Assembly (NCBI RefSeq): GCF_964204645.1
Contig: NC_134031.1
Location: 6,696,001 to 6,760,000, forward strand
DNA from: Tubulanus polymorphus
Taxonomy: Eukaryota > Animalia > Nemertea
Direction: 5' to 3'
DNA: 64,000 nucleotides
The notes beneath the pieces were generated by a model that was not told the DNA's origin, did no database searches, and saw only the letters and a list, made by a program, of their open reading frames with translations. Shown piece by piece: positions 12,411 through 23,295 of this stretch. A program made the position numbers and the translations under genes. Every line of letters begins with the position of its first letter. Within the stretch, counting starts at the first letter, position 1.

Positions 12411-12660
12411 AATTAGTTTGTTAATCTAGTTGAATTCTAGTTATTGGTAGTTGTAACAAAAATCAAATAGATTTAACAATATTTTAACTAGCTTGTTAAT
12501 CTAGTTTAATTCTAGTTACATTCTAGTTGAATTCTAGTTGTTAGTAGTTGAAACAAAAATCAACTAGAATGTAACTAGAAATAAACAAAAACAACAATAT
12601 TTCAACTAGCTTGTTAATCTAGTTGAATTCTAGTTACATTCTAGTTAAATTCTAGTTGCA
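12411..12660. repeat. CTAG-rich palindromic repeat cluster
   Basis: Recurrent CTAGTTGAATTCTAGTT / CTAGTTACATTCTAG units, duplicated block AACTAGCTTGTTAATCTAGTT, hairpin TAGTTG..CAACTA. Confidence 0.8.
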
Positions 12661-12689
12661 ACATCACAACTAATTTTTTTGTTATATAA

Positions 12690-13295
12690 ATGGTAGGTGA
12701 AAAGAAAAGAAAATCTAAAAATGGTGATGTTCCAATTGAAAAAACTTTAGATGATTTAGGAATAACAGAAACAAAATTAACTCCAGATTATGGTGCTTTA
12801 AATAATGTTACAACAAATAATAATTATGAATATTATCTTTATTGCAAACATCAATTAGAAATATTAATAGCATCTGGAAAATGTAAAAATTTTGTCGGTA
12901 AAAATTTAACTTATAATGAATTAGATACAATGAAATCAGATGAAATTATTAGATTATTTAAGATTTATGAAGCCGCGAGAACAGCTAGAATTAATGACGC
13001 GATATCAGAAAATGTAGTAAAAGGTTATAGTAAATTATGTAATTATATACTACCAATTGAAAATGAAAATAGATTATATTCCGATTTAAAAAATGATTAT
13101 TTAGTTATGACTGAATTAAATAAATGGATTGGATATTTATCATTTCAATTAGGTGGATTTATGACATTATTATCTACTGGGGTTATAACATTTTCAAATA
13201 TTGAAAGTAAAAATATTTCTATAATAAATGAGCGAGGTGAAAGAAGTGAAGGAATTAACTGTGAAGAAAAAACCGAGAACTCAGAAACAAATTGA
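12690..13295 (+). CDS. Hypothetical viral protein with late hydrophobic segment
   Basis: 201-aa ORF with a TATATAAATG start. Confidence 0.6.
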   Translation: MVGEKKRKSKNGDVPIEKTLDDLGITETKLTPDYGALNNVTTNNNYEYYLYCKHQLEILIASGKCKNFVGKNLTYNELDTMKSDEIIRLFKIYEAARTARINDAISENVVKGYSKLCNYILPIENENRLYSDLKNDYLVMTELNKWIGYLSFQLGGFMTLLSTGVITFSNIESKNISIINERGERSEGINCEEKTENSETN

Positions 13296-13596
13296 ATGGT
13301 CTCGACAATTAGGAATTAAATCACAAGAATATAAAAAAGCTGTAAAAGAAAAAATAAGTAATAAAAATGTTAATAAAAATGGTGAAAATATTGTTATTTC
13401 TACTCCTTCTGATAGTAGAATATTTGATAAATATTTATATTTTACAGTTGGATTTGTAATTGTATTCATTTTGATTGGGTGTAATTGGTATAAGAAATCA
13501 AATAAAATTCATGATATTAGTAATTCTAAACCAACTGCTATCAAAAATGAAAGTACTTCTGAAATTTCAAAATTGATAATAAAAAAAATGGATTAA
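13228..13596 (+). CDS. Basic single-TM viral protein
   Basis: 122 aa with KKKPRTQKQIEW, a TM segment YLYFTVGFVIVFILIG and a TAAATG start. Confidence 0.6.
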   Translation: MSEVKEVKELTVKKKPRTQKQIEWSRQLGIKSQEYKKAVKEKISNKNVNKNGENIVISTPSDSRIFDKYLYFTVGFVIVFILIGCNWYKKSNKIHDISNSKPTAIKNESTSEISKLIIKKMD

Positions 13597-13680
13597 TATT
13601 TTAGAAAAAAAGCAAAAAAAATAATTGAATATCTCACTACTTTTGTCTATCTATGTGGAGCAATTAAATTGTCCAGATAA

Positions 13681-14595
13681 GTCATTTCGGATTCTAGATA
13701 TTCATTATTTTTATTAATTTATTTTGTTTTTATTTGAATATTTGAATTTGAATTTGTTAATCAATTAACATAGTAATTGATTACTAATTTGATTAAAAAT
13801 TATATCATAATTAAGTTAAAAATACATAATTCATTTATCAGTTTTCATTCTTACATTCTTTTCATTCGGAATAATTTATAATTTCAAATTTCACATATTT
13901 TTTTTAGCACCAGCTACATTTACTTAGGTGTTTTAGCTAAGTATATAAGGCAATTCATTCAACCACTGGAGTGCCGCCGGGCTTGGCTTGCAGGGGCATT
14001 TCGAAAATGCACCTTTGTCCACCCTCCGTGGTTCTCCTTCAGTTTCGACTTTCTATCCTCCTTTCGGGGGTAAGTGGTTGATAGGAAATGCATTAGGCGC
14101 CTTTAATATAATGTGTTTCCTGTCAACCATTGAAGGAGAATTGGTGAGGTGTGGGTCACAGGGGTGTAATTAGAAATGCTTGGGGATAGGTATCTCGTGG
14201 CGCCTCTCAATAACGGGATGCTTATCCCCTAAAAACTCTGTGAGTCAAGTCGGGTGGTTTTGCTAAAACTTACCGTAAAAACATTGAAATATTCCTTTTA
14301 ATCACGAGAGAATGATGACTATCCTCCTGTCGTCACGGCTGAGCTAATTTAAATAAACCTCGCTTTCAGCAACTAATGAAAACGCAGTAATTCAATACCA
14401 GCTAACTGGCTTGTGTGTGTTGTATGTACTGCGTGCTTATTATATAACAACAACGTTGTGCAACACCTGTTTGATTGATCAATATTCAAATGAAGCACTA
14501 TCTTATAATAACATGTAACAGATGTACTGTATGATTGTAGTTGTTTATAAAACGACTAAGGTCATTTTGGATTCTAGATATTCATTATTTTTATT
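13681..14595. repeat. 35-bp direct repeat pair (13681-13715 and 14561-14595)
   Basis: GTCATTT(C/T)GGATTCTAGATATTCATTATTTTTATT occurs twice, 880 bp apart, with one mismatch. Confidence 0.9.
13973..14261 (+). ncRNA. Candidate structured non-coding RNA encoded by the Polinton
   Basis: GC-rich island that folds by hand into eight helices with about 20 G-U pairs. Upstream TATATAA (13942-13948) and terminal TTTT (14258-14261). Confidence 0.65.
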
Positions 14596-14601
14596 TTTTA
14601 T

Positions 14602-14928
14602 TCAATCAACAATTTCTAAATCATGATGACCGTCTTCATTTTTCCCATGATATATTATTTTAAATCCTACTAAATCTTTCAATTCCTCCGTACTCAATGA
14701 AACCCATTTATCGGGTAAAAACACTTTAAATTCTCGCGATGTACTTACATTACAGTAGCTTAAATTAGCTGATACTTTCTCTCCATATTTAGTTTTTATC
14801 TTTTCTAATTTCAATATTTTATGTTCAATTTCTTTTGTAACATCAACTAACTTTTTTATTTCAAATTGTTTTTTTGCTGGTTTTATTCTGTTATTTATTG
14901 TTGATAAGAATGCTTTTCTATCTCCCAT
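14602..14928 (-). CDS. Small viral protein, possible OB-fold ssDNA-binding protein
   Basis: 108 aa, KTKYGEKV...FKVFLPD pattern, TATAAATG start. The fold is an inference. Confidence 0.5.
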   Translation of the reverse strand: MGDRKAFLSTINNRIKPAKKQFEIKKLVDVTKEIEHKILKLEKIKTKYGEKVSANLSYCNVSTSREFKVFLPDKWVSLSTEELKDLVGFKIIYHGKNEDGHHDLEIVD

Positions 14929-15189
14929 TTATAAGGAAAAAAAATATTTGTGGCGACGAGTGGTGTCTCGCCCTCTCGCCCTCTGATCTGAAACCCACAT
15001 ATTACAATTACTCATATTAATTCGGTTTTTTGATTGTCAAGGCTACCCTTCGTAGACATTTATCGCATGGAATTAAGTTGATTTCTGATACTCGAAAATG
15101 AGTAAGGTATCGTTTATATATAAGATTTAGTTAATTACATTTAGCAACACGTTTATATCATTACACCATCGGCAAAGTGAATAGATTTT

Positions 15190-15262
15190 AATTATTTGGA
15201 GATAATTCATACTATTGATGTACAGGGGCTGAGAATGGAGCCTTGGGGAACTCCACAAATAA
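15190..15262 (-). pseudogene. Decayed LINE reverse-transcriptase fragment
   Basis: Minus strand encodes CGVPQGSILSP..YIN. Confidence 0.55.
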
Positions 15263-16310
15263 AACGCGACAAGAATCAAAGATATTTATATACTATACAT
15301 AATTCGGAGATGATTTAAATCTATCCCCCTCCCCCATACATTTCTATTTTTTAACAATATCGAGGGCATTAGAAGCAGTCTCAAATAGATTTTGCATCAT
15401 TTTTGCAGAATGATGAATAAAGCTAGTCCTCATTGTATAGATCAACTGAATGAAAGTCCGGGCCTAGAAATACAAAGATCCGGTTTATCTTATTCCCGAT
15501 TCGAATTTCTATGATAAGAAGCTATTCAGGCCCTATTCTTTTTACGAATCGATGTTTGTCATCCTACGAATGTATTGAAAATATCATATTTCCAAATGGT
15601 ATAATTGAAATAAGGTTTTTAATGTTATCTTTGTTTCAGTCGTTTCTTCGGACGTCCGTTTCCGAGTAAGATTTTTTGAAGGGATATGATGGCGAAGTCA
15701 GTCTATTGTCCGAATCCTCAAACTCAACACTGATTTCCGTCTATTTAACTATTCAAAAAGCGTTGAGCATAAATTAAGCTATCAAAACTTGTTGCCAAAA
15801 TTCCCCCGCATGTTCCTCGAACGACGACGAAAATGCGATCGACGACTGTACATTTTCTCTTTCCACACTGCAAATAACACTCACACTCAATTATAGAAAA
15901 TCGGCAGCTTGTTGTGTTAAGTGAAAACTGTCAGAGGACAAAGAATAACGAACAAGAATAAACATTGAAGGAGTATGAAATATAGATTAAGTATGAACAA
16001 GAATTGTAAGTGAATTCTAGCTTTGCTATATAGTTCTAGAGGATTGTCTTCTTCTAAATATCACATTCACATGAATTCAAGTATATCTAATTGACCGCCT
16101 AAACAATGAACATTAGGTAGGTAATTGTGGAATTGTGTTGTTTCGTGGAAAGAAATCAAGTAAATTTACTCGATAGCTTTGGTACATGCACTTTGTTATG
16201 TCTTAGAAAACTATATCAGCTTGAAGGAACCACTGAGAACGTGGTGGAATATAAAAATCGACTTTAATCAAACAATTTATTCACGAGTTAAATTTCTATT
16301 GATCAAAACC

Positions 16311-16493
16311 TTAAAAAAACTTAGTCACTTTCTGTAACTGGACGAAGATATCCTTCACCGCTTTTCTAAATTTAGCGTTGGTCAAACAATAGATCAAGGA
16401 ATTTACCGACGAGTCGACGATCGAAAAGCCGAGACCTATTTTTCTGAAAACCATCGAATTGATCCGAATGTATAGGGAGATGACCCATATCAT
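16311..16493 (-). pseudogene. Rhodopsin-class GPCR C-terminal fragment (TM7/helix 8)
   Basis: DSSVNSLIYCLTNAKFRKAV. No upstream TMs found; abuts a MITE at 16514. Confidence 0.55.
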
Positions 16494-16513
16494 TCATGCA
16501 TTCCACAAAATTA

Positions 16514-17159
16514 TGGTGGCTGATTCGGCCTTGTAAAAACACCTCAAATGGTGCAAATTTTTTTTACAGACGCCTTTAAGTCGTTTTAACGAAAATTACC
16601 ACGTTAAAACGAGAAATTACCGCGATAATACGGGATTTTTTCGTTTTATCTCGCGATAAAACGAGAAAAAGTCGCTTTATCGCGAGAAAAAAACTAAATT
16701 TTTTCCTTGTATTGCCACGTTAAAACGAAAAATAGCGCGATAAAAAGAAAAATTACCACGTTAAAACGAGAAAAACTTTTCCGTATTATTGTGACGTTAA
16801 AACGAAAAAAAGCGCGATAAAACGAGAAAATTATCGCAATGAAATGATTTTTTTTATTCGTTTTATTCATCATGATAAAACGAAAGAACAAATCCATTTT
16901 CTTCATTTTCCGTTTTAACGTGGCAATAAAACGAAAAAGTTCGTTTCATCGCCCAATAAAAGAGTTTTTGTTTTATCGTGGGATAAAACGACTTTTTCTC
17001 GTTTTAACGCGGTAATTTTCGTTTTATCGCGCTATTTTTCGTTTTAACGTGGCAATAAAACGAAAGTTCGTTTCATCGCGCGATAAAACGACTTTAAGCG
17101 TCTGTCAAAGAAAATTTGTAAGTCTGTCATTTTTGATTAAATGGCCGAATCAGCCACCA
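16514..17159. mobile_element. TA-flanked foldback MITE (TIR TGGTGGCTGATTCGG)
   Basis: TA-TGGTGGCTGATTCGGCC...GGCCGAATCAGCCACCA-TA with internal AAAACG/CGCGATA repeats. Confidence 0.85.
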
Positions 17160-18071
17160 TACATTTGGCATGAGGGAGGAATTTTTACATTGATTTTCGT
17201 TACCGAAATCACCGCATGCCAGAGCTAATGCACTCTGAATGTTTTGAACCCGGATCTTCATAAATTTCGGTCGCCTGATTCATTATCGGCGTAGCACAAA
17301 ATTTTCTTCAACTTCCAAGAACGACAAAAAAAGATTTTACGAACACAGATATATTAATGCGGGCGGGAGTATTCTATTTGCGTTTGAAAACTAACGTGAA
17401 AACACTTGACGCGGGAGCGCTCATTTAAATTTAACCCGATTTTCGTCACTGATTTTTCCGACGCCCGCGGTGTTGAGAAACACGGTTTCATTTTTGAATG
17501 GCCTAAAGGACGTCTATGTACATTTTAACGAAATGTGCATGCATAGAGTGCCGCAATCACTTATAGGACTGAATGTAGATGCAACTCACCCCCTAGTATC
17601 CTAGGCAGTTAACATCACTAGCTGGAGGTTAAACAGTTCAAGATCCTGTGTGGCCGGCGCGCTCGTCTTAGCCTACTGCGTTTGTTATGAAAATTTTTCT
17701 CAAAATGCACGTGAATGACATTGCCGTGTCGAGCTAACGTAGATTACTTTTTCAAAAGTGTCTGCACCCATTAAACGAAATATGAAGAAAAAATTTTTTC
17801 CGACGTAAGTTGCACCGACACTGCGGTTTCAAATGAAAGCTTTTTTCCAAATTTGAATTTAGTTATTCTATCTAAAAATCATTTCCCGCGAATTCCACGC
17901 AAAGCAATAACTACGTTCGGTGCCTGACACTAATCCGGAAACCTTTGAAATAGGGAAATAAGTCGGTTTCGTTCTCGTAGAATTCAATTTATTTTTCTAT
18001 TGATTATCATTTAATAACGTCGTTTTAATGCAGATTTTATTGTATTTTGTATCAGATTCATTTCCGTTATG

Positions 18072-19807
18072 TTATGGTGATGGATGATCAAGGTTCATCT
18101 CTGTGGATACAATTTCACCGCCCGTCACGCCTGTGTCAAACAGCTCAATTATTCGTGGAATACTTATGTGTTCCTGTAATAGACGCCAGATTTTTGTTAG
18201 GAGTTATTTATTTCATTAAAATATCGCCGTCAGCTTGATACATACCATCAGTGGTCCGACTCGTTGTTGCTGTTCGGTACAGAACGGTTTCACCCGACGA
18301 ATCATATCATATATCTTCAAGGAAACCACTTCACCTGTGAAAAAGCCGCCCACCATTCTACCATCTCGTCCTGTTCGGTAAAGGTGTGACGCATAATTTA
18401 GCAGTTATCACGGCAGAAGTGAGAGAGAGAATTTAGACTTTCAAACGGATGATTTGAGAACAGTCCGAACGTTTTTTAATAATCAATTCTCTGGACCTAC
18501 CTGGTGCCCCGTATCCAACCGAGAACGTGTCAACTTTGCAACAATCCGTGTACGTAACGTTCATATCTAGAAACGGAGTTGGGTTAAATCGGAACGTAGA
18601 AGATACAATCTGTTGCTTGGTCGAGATGAAATCTAACTTTTCCGTTTTTTCACCTTCAAATAGATAAAACAAATAATAAACGTACATTTCAGATCCGTCA
18701 TTGGACTCATCGCTTATGTTCATACGCCCGATAAGATGAACGAGATGGAAACTACGTTTACAATGATCTCAAGTTATTTCGGAAAATATAACAGAAAACT
18801 AGCATATATTTTACAAGGACATAAAAAAAATATATTATTTAATGATATTATATCTGGTGTATACCATAAACTGCTTGTAATAGCAACATTTTCCGGTTCA
18901 ACAGTTGCTATATAGAATATTGGGAAGATTTTTTTCTGAAAACTTACGCAAGAAGCATCGTTTCCGGTCATTGGACATCATCCGGTCATAATCCTTTTGT
19001 GGTGGGAATTTAAGGTTTTGACATTTTCCACCGGGTTGGCCCTTGTACTCAATGTTCATGACACCCTACAAAATAGAAGATTCACCCGAAATCAAGTTTT
19101 CGATTGGCTCTGGAAACATGGCGTCTCACTAAACACACAAAGTCCTGCATTTTTAAGACTCAATTCCGTTACTGAGAACGATTAGGTCTTCAACGGTAAA
19201 TAAAGACAGTAAAAAAATGTAAAGCAATTCGTATGTTAGAGTAATTGGAAATCGTTTACCGCTTTCGCATCCGTATATACGTCCAGTATGACGTAGTCGG
19301 AATATGAACCCTTCGCCTGTCTAAACGGAACCGTTGCAAAATCGGCCCGGATGCGACCTCTATAGGCGTCCGTGAAAATCCTGAAAATCAATATTAAATA
19401 TCAATTCTTTATGCACAGATATAAATTACATGTATATGTTCAATTTTTGTGTTCGTAAAAACATTCATAAATATTATTTACTATAGGTGATAACCTGAGT
19501 CCATTGAATAGATGTATGATTTATGCTTTGAAGATATGAACTGTATTCATAATGTTTTGACTTATATCATGTAGAATCCTATTCGTTACCTTCCATATAC
19601 TTTGATTTCAGGATTTTTCGTCGAAGGTATGTTCTTCAAAGTAATTTCGGTAAGCGCTGTCATCGCTTTCGGGAAGCAACCGCATTCCGATTCCCCGAAC
19701 TTCAATGTACTTGTCACGAAATCCTGGTACGGTGAAATGATTGGATCTGTGGTAGCCTCGCTGAGGGCTACAAACCCCATCAATGCGACCAGCAACAAAC
19801 ACTTCAT
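18072..19807 (-). CDS. Secreted Cys-patterned protein, tandem copy A (ependymin-related-like), 6 exons
   Basis: Signal peptide MKCLLLVALMGFVALSEA. Exons: CGCFPKAM..YGR | IFTDAYRGRIRAD | GVMNIEYKGQPGGKC..RCF | ..YTDCC | ..KPFC | EHISIPRIIELFD*. GT donors are clear; the exon-4 acceptor is uncertain. Confidence 0.75.
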
Positions 19808-20459
19808 TTTTCTTTACTAGATTTGTAGATTTTGTAACAAAGATTAGTAACCAAACACGTCGTTTAGGTTTTGACTCCGCACACAGTCGTCCGTACAATT
19901 TTTCCCCGCTTTTATACTGTGGCGAATTCAGCTCTTTATGTTCCGATGATATCACAATTATATTTTTTACTTATTGTATCATACCATAAAATGTGCCATC
20001 ATTGATATATGGATCACTCGATTGGCTCATGAAATATATAGTCATTTAGAGTAAAATAATTATTGGGCAATTTGTCTGGTATCTAGGTATCTAACACAGA
20101 CACCGAAAAAAAGATAAAACCCGAAAACAAACACATCTATTCATAGTTTATAATCGTAGATATAATGTAAATGTAATGTAGCACAAGTGTTCATTAAATC
20201 ATTATAAAGATCTTGTACACAATATGATAAATAAATATATTATTATAATGTAAATTAAAAAATGCCGTCATTGAATAAGACGTACATGGCTAAAGTTTGT
20301 GCCCTTGGTAATCGTCGCGAATTTTATCATTCAATTACTTTTAAAGCCAGAAAATACGCAGCCGTATTTGAACGAATACTTTGCCAAATTGACACAAACA
20401 AACTATTTTCATGACTTTGCGAGATTTTTAGCCGACTTTTAAGTCGACTTTTCGAGATT

Positions 20460-21140
20460 ACTATCGGGAAGCTGCCGCACTCCGAGTCCCCGAACTTCAA
20501 CGTACTTGTCACGAAATCTTTGAACGGTGAAATGTGGGGATCTGTGGAAGCCTCGATGAGGGCTATACAAACCCCACCAATGCGACCGGCCGCAAACACT
20601 TCATTATCTTTTTAACCAGATTTATAGACTTTGCAATGAAGATTAGTAACCAAAACCCCTCGTTTAGGTTTTGACTCTATTCAATCTACATCTATGCTTG
20701 AAAATAGCTCCAAATTATCATCATGCAGATAAACTTCCCCGGCACTCGTTTCCCTGGCGAATTCCGCTCTTTGTGTCCCGATAATATCCATAATAAGTCG
20801 TTTACGTATTGTTTCATCCCAAAACAATTTGCCAAAATAATGATGTATAGTCACTCGATTGGCTCGTAAAATACATGCAGGGTAGAACCATTACTGGACA
20901 ATTTCTCTGGAATTTTGATAGACGCCGAAAAAAATCAGAACCGAGAAAAACACATCGATTCATGATATATCCGTAGATATGTTGTGAATCTAAAATGCCA
21001 TCACTGACTAGAACACATGGCCAAAGTTTGAGCCTTTGGTAATCGTCGCGATTTGTATCATTCAATTCCCTTCAAACCCAGAAAATTCGCACGCGGCTTT
21101 AACTATTTACTTTGCCGAACTGACACAGGTAAACAGTTTT
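20460..21140 (-). pseudogene. Duplicated, frameshifted exon 1 plus upstream region of the family
   Basis: Near-copy of about 19670-20420 with indels; no downstream exons. Confidence 0.7.
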
Positions 21141-21921
21141 CGACTTATTCGTAGAGACCTGCCGGAAATAACATGTTCACAAAATGCCGTGCATCGAAAC
21201 TCGTAAATTTTGTACCGTACACTTTCGTTGTGTGCAATTGGTGCCATTTAAAACTTAGATTGGGCCGATCGAAGATGAAACGGTGCGAAGATGAAACCGT
21301 GAAACGTCCAAATTACGCAGTATAATTAACATTCAAAGTTCGGTATTTTTTTTCGCAAAAACAATATGCTCCATCCAGAAAAATTATATCATTGCTGTTC
21401 CTTATATGGTTACTTCGTAGCCTACGGACGAATGGATCGGATCAGACAGCGTTCTCTTCACGCAACTATCGATACAGATACGTAAAATCACGAGGGAATC
21501 GGATTTTTTGTATCGGTCTTTTTGTCATTGATGAAATGCAGGAGTCATTCCAATTTGCTGTACTTTTCGGGATATTCGCTGATGCAGAAATGATTGGGCT
21601 GAAGACATGGTTCAATTCTAATATGCGCTGTATGCGACAATACTTAACTGAATAATGACCTCAAATTAATCTTTTTCGGAGCAAAAGAGTCACACAAAAT
21701 GTGTAGATCTACTTCACGTTTCGTACGTTCCTTCGCGGTACTCTAATTAGAGAAGGCATATAATTGTATCGCATTTAATTGATTTTTCGAAATATGTCTC
21801 TCAAATTTCAAAATTCCAATTGGTTCTGGTTCCTTAAGTACCCGGTACTGTTGGGCATGTGGCGTATTTATTTTTGAATATTCAGAATTCATGAAAAGCA
21901 AGACCATTGGGCTCAAGTAGG

Positions 21922-22862
21922 GTATTGCATAGTATAGTTCCTTCGCGTATGCTTACTGCGTTGTTCGGTTTATGTGTATCCCAAAGAAAGTTGTCATGTC
22001 AACACATTCACATCGCCAGCCATTAACATTCCATGTGTCAACGTGTCGACGTATCTACCAACCAACAAATTAACTATTAACGATCTATTAACCTCATACA
22101 CCAAACACACCACGTGACCAAACACATGATCAACCCCATACTTGAAATACAAATTGCATTTCTATGTTTCTTTAGTCAATTCCAGTTCTCTAATATTAGT
22201 TTCAACACGGTTAAGCCTTCAAAATCACAGGAGATTCATTATTTATTTTCAGCACTGTCAACGTGAGATGCGCCTCCAAAAAAGACAAACGTGGGGACGG
22301 TTAAATATGGCATTATTCACATTGCTACAGAACGACGTCGATACGTGACGGCTCTTTTTTTCCAAATCAAAAATGAAACTTTCGCAGCTGATTCTTATAG
22401 TTTACTGTTTCGGTTTAGATTTACTTCCTCTTGTTTGTTTGTGTTTTGTGGTCACCCGTCAACCAGTTAACCCACGATTTTTCTACATACATTGGCGACA
22501 ACATTGCGACGTGTCGTCCGTCGACCGTCAACCAGCGGATGATATAGGTCTATGCACTCTATCGTCTCTCATTTTTGCCACTACGATCCTTGTACATAAA
22601 TTGTCGACAACATTGCATCGTGTCATCCGTCGGCCGTCAACCAGCGGGTGAAATGTGCACTCTATCATCTCTCCACTGGGCCAACCAACAAACAACCAAC
22701 AGTCAACTGTCACTAGTCGTCGGTCAACGTGTAAATGAACTGTTCCTTTGCCGGGCATTTATACCCAATTATCAATGTATTCATGCGCCAATGTATTAAT
22801 GCGCTGATACATTAACCGCACAACTTATTAACTCTACGCCAAGGCACTATACTATGCTATAT
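21922..22862. mobile_element. Non-autonomous TIR element
   Basis: GCATAGTATAGTTCCTTCGCGTA / TACGCCAAGGCACTATACTATGC, with internal CCGTCAACCAGCGG repeats. Confidence 0.6.
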
Positions 22863-23295
22863 CCGACTTGGGCCGACCATTGTACTAAATTAAGCTACAT
22901 TGACCGCAGCCTGCCCTTGTATATTTCCCCGATTGTCTGGAACTTTAAATTTTCTCGACGAAGCCTCAAAGTGTTTCTTGTATTGATTGTCCTTTTGGCC
23001 TAAGGCCTCGAGGATAGTTGACTTAACATTTGATAATTTAGCCAGCTCCAATAATTCAACTAGACATTTTCTAGATTTGCTATTCTATCCCAAATCCCAT
23101 TTCCAGTAGATTCCCGATAAAAAACAAATCCAGAACTGATGCGAGTGACTAAGATTCGATCTAGGATTCAATTTTATTTGATATATCATATCAACTATAA
23201 TTCATTTTTCTGTTAATCATTATTGATATCATCGTTTTCACGCAGATTTTGCATTTTCAATTAGGAAATCGTTAGATATCGATTCCATGGTTAAC

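Larger units (their letters stand above)
1..15012. mobile_element. Endogenous Polinton/Maverick-type DNA virus, right portion; left end outside the window
   Basis: Intronless, densely packed AT-rich ORFs including integrase, packaging ATPase and two capsid-like genes. The right end reads 5'-AGTAATTGTAAT on the minus strand (AG-type Polinton terminus) and matches the relic at 38230. Confidence 0.9.

Noticed and set aside
13988-14173. 61-aa ORF across the GC-rich island
   Set aside because: TTG start, no TAAATG context, and composition unlike the viral genes. Base pairing explains the sequence better.
13973-14261. Identification as 7SL/SRP RNA, 7SK or a tRNA-SINE
   Set aside because: The size and GCCGGG-like start are suggestive, but I see no SRP helix-8 motif, cloverleaf or poly(A) tail. 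Left unassigned pending an Rfam search.
14312-14342. C/D-box-like ATGATGA...CTGA
   Set aside because: Too short for a snoRNA; could be chance or a small hairpin.
1-15012. Bacterial or phage contaminant contig
   Set aside because: It carries a eukaryotic LINE and MITE and a chromodomain integrase, and has a clean junction into host-type DNA.
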